Source: a virus
Taxonomy: Duplodnaviria > Caudoviricetes
Length of the DNA: 64,000 nucleotides
Direction: 5' to 3' (one strand)
Virus record (IMG/VR): IMGVR_UViG_3300035520_000781
Location: 28,998-92,997 of that record
Part shown: positions 57,040 through 64,000 of the stretch, in pieces
How positions within the stretch are numbered: the stretch's first letter is position 1
How the letters are laid out: every line of letters starts with the position of its first letter
Notes under the pieces: generated by a model
Database searches by the model: none
What the model saw: the letters and a program-made list of their open reading frames with translations, nothing else
What the model was told of the DNA's origin: nothing
Position numbers and translations under genes: made by a program

Positions 57040-57450
57040 TTAAATATCCTTATATTCAGTAGTAGCATCAAAGGAAGGGCAAGCTTTTGCTGCAAAATCC
57101 CTATGACCATGTATTGTAGCCTTAGGGTATCTTTCCTTCATAGTTCTTAATAATGTTAATAGAGTTTTCTTCTGTGCCTCAGTTCTAGTATCCTTTGCAG
57201 TTTTACCATCTTTAGCACAACCTCCTATATAACATATTCCAATTGAATTAGAATTATGTCCAGTACAGTGAGCTCCTATTTCAGAGTCTTGTCTGCCTCT
57301 ATGATAAGTGCCATCTCTGTAGATAACATAGTGATAACCTATGCATTTAAATCCTCTTTGTTTATGCCACTTATCAATATCAGCAACTGTGTAGTCCTTT
57401 CCCTCAGGAGTAGCACTACAATGTACTATAATTTCAGTTATGTTTCTCAT
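57040..57450 (-). CDS. Endolysin, N-acetylmuramoyl-L-alanine amidase (T7 lysozyme-like)
   Basis: IIVHCSAT, IGYHY, GAHC.GHN..SIGICYIGG and HGHRD..KACP. Likely start MRNITE at 57450. Confidence 0.95.
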   Translation of the reverse strand: MRNITEIIVHCSATPEGKDYTVADIDKWHKQRGFKCIGYHYVIYRDGTYHRGRQDSEIGAHCTGHNSNSIGICYIGGCAKDGKTAKDTRTEAQKKTLLTLLRTMKERYPKATIHGHRDFAAKACPSFDATTEYKDI

Positions 57451-57640
57451 CCTTTTTATTAGATATAAATTCCTCAAGAGGAACAACTACTGAGGTTTTA
57501 ATAGAGCCATCAGCTTGTCTTTCTTGAAGTATTGTATATCCTTCAGATTTAGAAATTAATATTTCATTTAGATTCAGTAGATTTGAGTTTCCCTCTACCA
57601 GAATCTTTTGTTTCATCGAGCCTATCTTTTGCTTTCCCAT
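57434..57640 (-). CDS. Hypothetical protein in the lysis module
   Basis: 68-aa ORF overlapping both neighbours. Confidence 0.5.
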   Translation of the reverse strand: MGKQKIGSMKQKILVEGNSNLLNLNEILISKSEGYTILQERQADGSIKTSVVVPLEEFISNKKDEKHN

Positions 57641-57953
57641 TTTTAGTTTGATTTTCCCTTATTCTTCTTTCACAGGTAAGGTCAAGACAAATATTCATAG
57701 TTAGATTAAGTACTTGCTTTCTCAAGTCTTGAAGCTCTAATTCAAGTGCTTTGTTTCTCTCAGTAAGCTCATCTAATCTACTTCTATTATCAGATGACAA
57801 CTTCTCATAAAATTCAAGTGCATTTTCCATATTCTCTATTAAATTGTGGTTAACTTCACTGTCATATTTCTTCTTTGCGAATATCCAGCTAGTCCAACCA
57901 CTAATAACAGTAGTAATGGCACCTATGATTCCTGTTAAAAAAATTTCATTCAT
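57564..57953 (-). CDS. Holin-like protein (single TM plus coiled coil)
   Basis: MNEIFLTGIIGAITTVISGWTSWIF TM followed by KKK and a coiled coil. Located in the lysis cassette. Confidence 0.55.
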   Translation of the reverse strand: MNEIFLTGIIGAITTVISGWTSWIFAKKKYDSEVNHNLIENMENALEFYEKLSSDNRSRLDELTERNKALELELQDLRKQVLNLTMNICLDLTCERRIRENQTKNGKAKDRLDETKDSGRGKLKSTESK

Positions 57954-57976
57954 AATGTAAATAGTTATACACAACC

Positions 57977-58390
57977 TCAAAATATAGATTTAATCTTATC
58001 AATATTTTTCTTGAGAAATTTATAGATAATGTAAGCAATCAATAAAATAAACAATACCCCCGAATACATCAAGAATGATTGATAAGATTTTATTTTATTT
58101 TCATACTTTATAGTTTCTACATATATAGGTGTTTGAATAGAATCTATCTTAATTACTGTATCAACTTTAACTCTATCCACATACTTATATATTGTATGAT
58201 ATTTATTTAAAAATACAGTATCACCATTTATGTATCTATCAATACTATCCCTTATAAATACACTATCAATCTTTGATTCTACTTTATTTACATATTCAAT
58301 TTTAGTAGTCTCAACAGGCACTTCTATATATTTAGTAGTAGTACAAGCAGTGCATATAGAGAGTAATATTATTATCAGCAAATTCCTCAT
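57977..58390 (-). CDS. Unimolecular spanin (u-spanin) candidate
   Basis: True start likely MRNLLIIILLSICTAC (lipoprotein signal), then a beta-rich periplasmic part and C-terminal TM FLMYSGVLFILLIAYIIY. Confidence 0.75.
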   Translation of the reverse strand: MRNLLIIILLSICTACTTTKYIEVPVETTKIEYVNKVESKIDSVFIRDSIDRYINGDTVFLNKYHTIYKYVDRVKVDTVIKIDSIQTPIYVETIKYENKIKSYQSFLMYSGVLFILLIAYIIYKFLKKNIDKIKSIF

Positions 58391-58407
58391 AACTTTCCCT
58401 TTGAGAG

Positions 58408-58441
58408 TGCAAAAGTATGCAAAAATTTTCATTTATGCAAT
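58408..58441 (-). promoter_or_regulatory. Sigma70-type promoter of the lysis operon
   Basis: Minus strand ATTG-N20-TACTTTTGCA. It lies inside the over-extended ORF call, which supports the 58390 start. Confidence 0.75.
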
Positions 58442-58458
58442 AGAATAAATAATTTACT

Positions 58459-58494
58459 AAAAATAAAAATAGGGGCTTATTATTGCCCCTATTT
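58459..58494 (-). terminator. Terminator after the tail-fibre operon
   Basis: AAATAGGGGC / GCCCCTATTT stem with an A-run on the left. Confidence 0.8.
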
Positions 58495-58495
58495 A

Positions 58496-59026
58496 TTATT
58501 GAAATTTCAGTTTTTCAGGATAGCCCTTAGTTACATCATAGTTAAGAATGTCTTCTCTTTTAGTAAGTCCTTCAATCTCTGCTAAATGACTTTGTGTTAT
58601 ATTATAACAATCTATTGCATATAACTCAAGTTTCTTTAAAAATTCTAATGCAGTATCTATTTCCACATTATAAGAAGTGCCATCAAGCCATAAATCACTA
58701 TTGGTAAGACCCTGTTCCTTTTGAATATTGAGACTATTTATAAGACCAACTCTGGTTGCTTTGTCCAACCACACTACTTTATCCCCAATATAAAAGCCAT
58801 TAACTTCATTACTTGTGTCATAATCTTTTTGAACTGAAGTTAATAAACTGTTAAGTTCATAAGTAGTTGGCTCATGGTTAATTAAAAAGTTAACAAATTT
58901 AATGTTATAATTTCCCCTATCATCCCTATATTCTGTTGGAGAAATATTAACAATATAAGTTTCTTTATCTTCATTAACACACTTAATAGACTCAAACCCT
59001 TCTGTGTTTCCTTTTGTCCATTTCAT
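58496..59026 (-). CDS. DUF4376-type tail-fibre-associated protein
   Basis: VNGF..WLDKATRVGL..LELYA..CYNIT..H..YD...GYPEKL, directly after the fibre gene. Confidence 0.7.
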   Translation of the reverse strand: MKWTKGNTEGFESIKCVNEDKETYIVNISPTEYRDDRGNYNIKFVNFLINHEPTTYELNSLLTSVQKDYDTSNEVNGFYIGDKVVWLDKATRVGLINSLNIQKEQGLTNSDLWLDGTSYNVEIDTALEFLKKLELYAIDCYNITQSHLAEIEGLTKREDILNYDVTKGYPEKLKFQ

Positions 59027-59038
59027 AGTAAACTGATT

Positions 59039-61015
59039 TTAAAAATTAGCAGCTTCATCTGTATCTGTTATATCTGTAACTTTTCCAACATAAGTGAGTC
59101 TAGTGCCAATTACTATACTTAAGGTGCTCTTTTGATAAATATCAAGCCCACACAAAGATGGACAGTTATTGCCATAACTTCCTCTTGTTATAACATTACT
59201 TCCGGATTCTTCACCATTAAAAGCAAAGTAAGAGCCAGTAAGATATGTTCCACTATTTTTAGACGTTATCTTCGGAGTTAGGTCTGGGTAGTTACTATAA
59301 TCTTTTGTTGGATTTGTTCCAAGTTTTTTATAATTTGTGTCATTAAATACAAAGCTTTCTATCATATAAGAAGTGTTTTTAGTTCCTTCAGATAGTTTTA
59401 CCTCTAAAGCTCTTTCAGTAGAATTGCCATCATTATACAGTTGAATTAAAGGATATAGCATATCTGCTTTATATAAAAATTCTTCTAAAACCCCAGCCCA
59501 GTCCTCTAAGCCAAAAAAATTACATTTAAAATCATCAATTGGTTTAAACTCCTTATTACAAGAGTCTGTCATTCCTAAACTATCTGTACTTCCTGTCGCA
59601 GCAGGATTACCATATCCAATCACATTTGGAAAATCTAGATTTATACTGCCATAAAAAAATAAATATAGTAAGGAAATAGCAACATGAGTTTCATAGTCAA
59701 CAAACTGAAATCCTTCATTTTCATCGTAATCATTATTATTTCTACTTAATGCAGCCTTCCAGAACGATTCCCAGTTATACTTTGTAGTAGAAGGCTGTCC
59801 CAAGGATACACTATGTAAAAAGTCCCCACCAAGATATTCTTTCTGAGAATAGTCAGTTAGCCATGTATTATTATCGCTGCTTCTTAAAACTGTGCCTTTA
59901 TAAACTCCTATAAGCTTATTTGTGTTCCACTCATAAAAACTGCCTTCATCATCATTTGTTATTGATATAGTTATATCAACATAATTACTATCCTCTGTAT
60001 TTGTTGAGCATTTAAAATAGAAAGTGGGAAGTTTAAGCATTACATCTTTAATAATTCCATCAGACCCAGGAGTACCATTAATATCATTAGTGGCGTCAGT
60101 TCCATCAGCATATTTAGTTCTGTCAGTCCTACTTAATCTTTTAATTTTAAGACCAGTTTGAGCATCAATATATTTACAAACATATGCATTAGTATTTTGT
60201 AAAATATATATCAGTGGCTGAAGGCGGCTTCTATCAGAATAACTGGGATTATAATAAGTATCTCCAGTAACCATTGATGTAGTGCTATAATCATCTTTTT
60301 CTCCATCAAATCCCCCATTATAAATAGTTATAGTGGAGAAATAGCTTTTTGTAAAATATGCAATAGCAGTATTTGAAGCTACTTTATTTTTATCATCATC
60401 TAGTGCATATGCCTCTACATATACTTTACGATTGTTGCCTGGACTTAGCTCTCTAAAGTATCTACCAACTTTTGGAGAGGTAATAGATGTTTCTGTTTTA
60501 ACTGTGCCTTCGTAAAGTATGACTTCTTCTTTATTAATTGTCATGTATATTTTAACATTACATGAAGGCATAGTTACATTATTCCGTACATAAGATACTT
60601 TATAATTAAAGGTATAGTCATCCTTAATTTCATATATTGTATCTTTATAACCAGGCTCTACTGCAACATAAACTTTATAATTTAACTTTTCATTAATAGT
60701 TGCAATATCATCATCAATAGTACCTAACTTTTCACCAAAAGCATTTAATGTATTGTTAAAAGACTCTACTTTTTTATCAGTGGCTGTTGTAGTATTATTG
60801 AGGCTATCTATATTACCATTGATGGTATCTATAGAGCCGCCTATTGATTCTATATTTTTATCAATAGCCTCTATATTTTTATCAATGGTATCTATATTAT
60901 TATCTATAGTATTTATATTATCCTTAAGGAATTGCTCAACCTCATAATGACTATGGCCTTCCCAAGGCTCTGTTATAGAAGTAATCTCTCCTTTATCTGA
61001 ATTTACACTTGCCAT
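59039..61015 (-). CDS. Tail fibre / receptor-binding protein
   Basis: N-terminal heptad repeats (IDNNIDTIDKNIEAIDKNIES). C-terminal region resembles the C-type-lectin/FGE fold (DVMLKLPTFYFK..FFGLEDW.G..EF..RG..IGTRL). Confidence 0.7.
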   Translation of the reverse strand: MASVNSDKGEITSITEPWEGHSHYEVEQFLKDNINTIDNNIDTIDKNIEAIDKNIESIGGSIDTINGNIDSLNNTTTATDKKVESFNNTLNAFGEKLGTIDDDIATINEKLNYKVYVAVEPGYKDTIYEIKDDYTFNYKVSYVRNNVTMPSCNVKIYMTINKEEVILYEGTVKTETSITSPKVGRYFRELSPGNNRKVYVEAYALDDDKNKVASNTAIAYFTKSYFSTITIYNGGFDGEKDDYSTTSMVTGDTYYNPSYSDRSRLQPLIYILQNTNAYVCKYIDAQTGLKIKRLSRTDRTKYADGTDATNDINGTPGSDGIIKDVMLKLPTFYFKCSTNTEDSNYVDITISITNDDEGSFYEWNTNKLIGVYKGTVLRSSDNNTWLTDYSQKEYLGGDFLHSVSLGQPSTTKYNWESFWKAALSRNNNDYDENEGFQFVDYETHVAISLLYLFFYGSINLDFPNVIGYGNPAATGSTDSLGMTDSCNKEFKPIDDFKCNFFGLEDWAGVLEEFLYKADMLYPLIQLYNDGNSTERALEVKLSEGTKNTSYMIESFVFNDTNYKKLGTNPTKDYSNYPDLTPKITSKNSGTYLTGSYFAFNGEESGSNVITRGSYGNNCPSLCGLDIYQKSTLSIVIGTRLTYVGKVTDITDTDEAANF

Positions 61016-61021
61016 AATTAT

Positions 61022-61180
61022 TTAATATTTCCACATTTCACTTTGTTTCCAGGATTGTGCTCCCTTCCATAATTTCATAGCTGCTTCCCATACAATTTTA
61101 GTCCCCACATAAATAGCAGATAAAGCCTTCTTGCCTATATAAACAGCTACTATTTTTTTATTACCTACATATATAGCCAT
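61022..61180 (-). CDS. Small protein (52 aa) with triple IY(V/I)G repeat, missing from the ORF track
   Basis: MAIYVGNKKIVAVYIGKKALSAIYVGTKIVW...WKY*. Confidence 0.7.
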   Translation of the reverse strand: MAIYVGNKKIVAVYIGKKALSAIYVGTKIVWEAAMKLWKGAQSWKQSEMWKY

Positions 61181-61182
61181 AG

Positions 61183-61548
61183 TTATACATCTTCATCATA
61201 TATAAAATATATGCCTTTATCCTCAAGTGTATTGGCCATTTTATCATATTCTTCTTGAGTCAAAAGAGCTTCAATAGAGAACCCATTAAGCTTGTCCTCT
61301 ATTGATTCTACTTTTTCTTCAACTGGCTTTACATAGCTAATAATAGTTTCTGTAATATCCTTTTTTACATCATCATCTTCTATATTAAGTAATACATGCA
61401 AGGGAACTTTTACATTCTTACCATCCTTAACTAATACAACATATTCAGCGCCATCAATATCTTTGGCATTAGGTAAATCAATGTCCTTAATTGAATTATG
61501 TTGAAGCCATTCATGTATCTTTCTATAATCCTCTGTTGTGAAAAACAT
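61183..61548 (-). CDS. Hypothetical protein, probably tail-fibre associated
   Basis: 121 aa containing KDIDLPNA..IDGAEYVVLVKDGKNVKVPL. Translationally coupled to the portal. Confidence 0.65.
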   Translation of the reverse strand: MFFTTEDYRKIHEWLQHNSIKDIDLPNAKDIDGAEYVVLVKDGKNVKVPLHVLLNIEDDDVKKDITETIISYVKPVEEKVESIEDKLNGFSIEALLTQEEYDKMANTLEDKGIYFIYDEDV

Positions 61549-63950
61549 TACTTACTTGTTTTAGTGGATTTATTTATCTGTTTTCTTTTAAGCTCTGCAT
61601 CAGTTTGAGCCTTTTGTTTATCAAAATTTAATCTATCTCTATCTAACTGCAATCTCTTATCAAACTGTCTAATAGATTCAGCCAATTTAGCTTTAGACTC
61701 TTCTGTAAACTCAGGTTCTTGCTGTTCTTGATTATTACCATTAGCAGAAATAGTAGCAACTACAATCTTAGTTTCATTATCTCTTTGATTCATTTGGTCT
61801 TTAAGTTGCATTTCAGCTTCTTTAGTTTGAGCTTCCATTTCAGCTTGCTGCTGTGCTTGTTGCAATTGTTGCTGCTGAGCTTCTTGCTGTCTCTGCTGTA
61901 ATTCCATCTCATTCTTTTCAACCATTCTCTGTTTCTCAGCAAGAGAAGAACTATTATAAAGTTTCATAATAGTAGAGAAGTTAAGAGTTTGATTTTGCAA
62001 TGCAGCCTGAGCTAATGTTTCAATCTTTTGCTTTAACTCTTGAGCACCATTACTATTGTCTACTACAAGACCATAATCACATTCTGCAAATTCATCTCCA
62101 TCAATATTCATAATGCTCATAGAATTATCAGAGAGAATATATTGAAACTTTTTACTTTTTCCCTTTAATGCAATCTTAGCAGTTTCAAGGAAGCACTCTA
62201 ACACCCTCTTCTTCACATCATCGTGAGTTAAAAATAACCATTCTGTAATATGAGAGGATTGTAATGTAGCTCTTTCTACACCACCTACAGTTTCTCTATT
62301 GCTAATCTGACCTTCTCTTTGTTTTGAAATGCCTGCAACAGTTGCCATCTCTTCAGTAATGAACTCAAGAAGAGCAATACTTTGTTGTATTGAAGAACTT
62401 AGTTCTGCATCAATAACTCCTGAACTTGCATTATTCAATGCCCCTGCTAATTTACCAGTAGCAGCTCCAACATTTCCTTCTTTGAAACTATCTACTACTG
62501 CTATATTATTTGTTTTAGCATAGTACATCCATTTATCAATATCCCATTTAGCAGGAACTTTGGCTAAGTCAAGAGTGATAATTTTACCCCAATTCTTTGC
62601 CAACATTTTATTAAGTCTGTCATGAACAGCATCATATAAATAATTATATGGCTTCATCATGTCTACCAAGGAGAATGGCTTATCTTGATTAAGGTTGTAA
62701 ATAGAACCAATAATACCAAAGTGGCATCTTGAAGGATTGGACAATCTATTATATTGAATAGGTCTTGGCCTCATATTAACATAGATTTTCTCCCCAATCT
62801 TAGTTCCTTCCCAAGCCTCATTAATCCATAATACCTCTTCTTCCTCTCCCATTTCCTCATTAGGAACATAGTTCTCAGGGAAAAAGTTAAATGTTTCTTC
62901 GCCTGTTTGCGGGTCATAAGACTTAATCTTTTTAATCTTTCTTTTTGATTTCCAAAAGACTCTGAGCACTCTTATATTACCTGCAATATCATAAGGCATT
63001 AATGAACTATCAATAGTCTCAGGGAAAAGTCTATTAGGGTTCATTATTTCATCATCCCCTATAATACCACCAGAAGGCATAAACTCTAATCTTGGGTCAG
63101 GCTCTACATCACTAGGCTCACCATAAGGATTATTAGGAATATTCTCTATATACTTTATATCCTCATTTGTAAGACTATCATAGAATGTATCTATTATTCT
63201 ACCCGGGCTCCAATAATCTTCGTAGATAATTACGTCAGCATCTTCTATCTTATTAGAATACCCAGACCTAAACACTCTAAGTTTACATGGGTCAAGCCTT
63301 TCAATTGTAGGCTCCCCTCCTACTATATCACACATATAGGCTTCTTCTGCAACAGCCATAGCTCCCATGAATCCTTCATTAAATAAAAGCTGGAAGTTTA
63401 ACTCTTTTGCATAATGATTAAGTAAAGCATTAGCTCTTACTTCTCTCATATCTTGCCACTCATAAGTGATATATTCATTTAATTTATCTAACTCAGAATT
63501 AAACTCTTCTTCAGATTGAGATGTATCAGAAATTAACTGCTGTAATCTCTGTAATAGTTCATTCTTTTTATTATTTTCAATTTCTGATACAGCATTAGGA
63601 TTAGTAATAACAACTCTATATTCAAATACCCTTGCAGACTCTTCACCTCTTAGTACATTTAACTTAGAGTTCATAATAGGATAGTGCTGAATCTTTTCAG
63701 GAATATAGCTGGCTGAAATACTATTAGGATTTACAACCAGCATTAAGTCCTTCATGTACAACTTTCCATTTAGAAGGTCATAATTTATCTTCTTATGGAG
63801 TACACTCTTCCTTACTGGGGAATAATTAAAGAAGGCCCTTTTTGATGCCCAATCTAATACTTGTTTTCTCCACTTCTTTGTTTTCCTACTGAATGAAAGC
63901 TGCTGAGCAGGGAATTGTATAAAGCCATTTAAATTTGATTCTTCATTCAT
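61548..63950 (-). CDS. Portal protein
   Basis: 800 aa with FPAQQL..K..KW, HYPIMNSKLNVLRGEE, GISKQREG and a Gln-rich coiled-coil barrel. Confidence 0.9.
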   Translation of the reverse strand: MNEESNLNGFIQFPAQQLSFSRKTKKWRKQVLDWASKRAFFNYSPVRKSVLHKKINYDLLNGKLYMKDLMLVVNPNSISASYIPEKIQHYPIMNSKLNVLRGEESARVFEYRVVITNPNAVSEIENNKKNELLQRLQQLISDTSQSEEEFNSELDKLNEYITYEWQDMREVRANALLNHYAKELNFQLLFNEGFMGAMAVAEEAYMCDIVGGEPTIERLDPCKLRVFRSGYSNKIEDADVIIYEDYWSPGRIIDTFYDSLTNEDIKYIENIPNNPYGEPSDVEPDPRLEFMPSGGIIGDDEIMNPNRLFPETIDSSLMPYDIAGNIRVLRVFWKSKRKIKKIKSYDPQTGEETFNFFPENYVPNEEMGEEEEVLWINEAWEGTKIGEKIYVNMRPRPIQYNRLSNPSRCHFGIIGSIYNLNQDKPFSLVDMMKPYNYLYDAVHDRLNKMLAKNWGKIITLDLAKVPAKWDIDKWMYYAKTNNIAVVDSFKEGNVGAATGKLAGALNNASSGVIDAELSSSIQQSIALLEFITEEMATVAGISKQREGQISNRETVGGVERATLQSSHITEWLFLTHDDVKKRVLECFLETAKIALKGKSKKFQYILSDNSMSIMNIDGDEFAECDYGLVVDNSNGAQELKQKIETLAQAALQNQTLNFSTIMKLYNSSSLAEKQRMVEKNEMELQQRQQEAQQQQLQQAQQQAEMEAQTKEAEMQLKDQMNQRDNETKIVVATISANGNNQEQQEPEFTEESKAKLAESIRQFDKRLQLDRDRLNFDKQKAQTDAELKRKQINKSTKTSK

Positions 63951-63973
63951 AGCTAAACAGTTTTCTCTAATTG

Positions 63974-63983
63974 TACAAAAGTA
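63974..63983 (-). promoter_or_regulatory. -7 promoter box upstream of the portal gene
   Basis: Minus strand TACTTTTGTA. Confidence 0.6.
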
Positions 63984-64000
63984 GTAAAAATATTCTACTC

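Noticed and set aside
57977-58432. ORF-track upstream starts at 58432, 57980, 57486 and 46783
   Set aside because: These extensions run through promoter or neighbouring-gene sequence. The downstream ATGs (58390, 57953, 57450, 46753) give coherent signal peptides or domain starts.
59039-59250. Active diversity-generating retroelement
   Set aside because: No reverse transcriptase or template repeat is visible in this window. Only a target-like fold is present.
60780-60925. CRISPR-like or tandem DNA repeat
   Set aside because: The degenerate 21-nt periodicity simply encodes the coiled-coil heptads of the tail fibre. There is no repeat-spacer structure.
868-62523. Many short antisense or nested ORFs in the six-frame track (e.g. 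868-1278, 33500-33934, 41585-41968)
   Set aside because: They lie fully within long genes on the opposite strand or another frame, lack motifs, and look like shadow ORFs.
1-64000. Stop-codon reassignment (TAG to Gln or TGA to Trp), known in some Crassvirales
   Set aside because: All major genes, including the late genes, are intact in the standard code. TAG (3525-3527) and TGA both act as stops at overlapping gene junctions, and no suppressor tRNA was seen.

Overview
This is a 64 kb AT-rich segment of a crAss-like phage (Crassvirales) genome, read in the standard genetic code. Repeated TAnnTTTG promoter boxes point to a Bacteroidota host. The + strand arm (1-28.6 kb) carries the 3' part of the primase, a four-gene ubiquitin-like conjugation cassette (Ubl-fusion, E2-like, JAB/MPN, E1/ThiF), nucleases, NrdD/NrdG, dUTPase, an aspartyl protease, PolA, thioredoxin, ThyX, the giant virion RNA polymerase (DFDID motif) and a second large cargo protein. 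The - strand arm (28.6-64 kb) converges on a bidirectional terminator. It carries, in transcription order, portal, tail fibre, lysis genes (u-spanin, holin-like, amidase), a self-contained accessory operon, scaffold, major capsid, ring/hub, muzzle and cargo genes. The most notable signal is the apparently complete phage-encoded Ubl-E2-JAB-E1 system at 694-4339, directly downstream of the primase. All calls come from motif recognition and gene order, with no database searches, so novelty is unverified.
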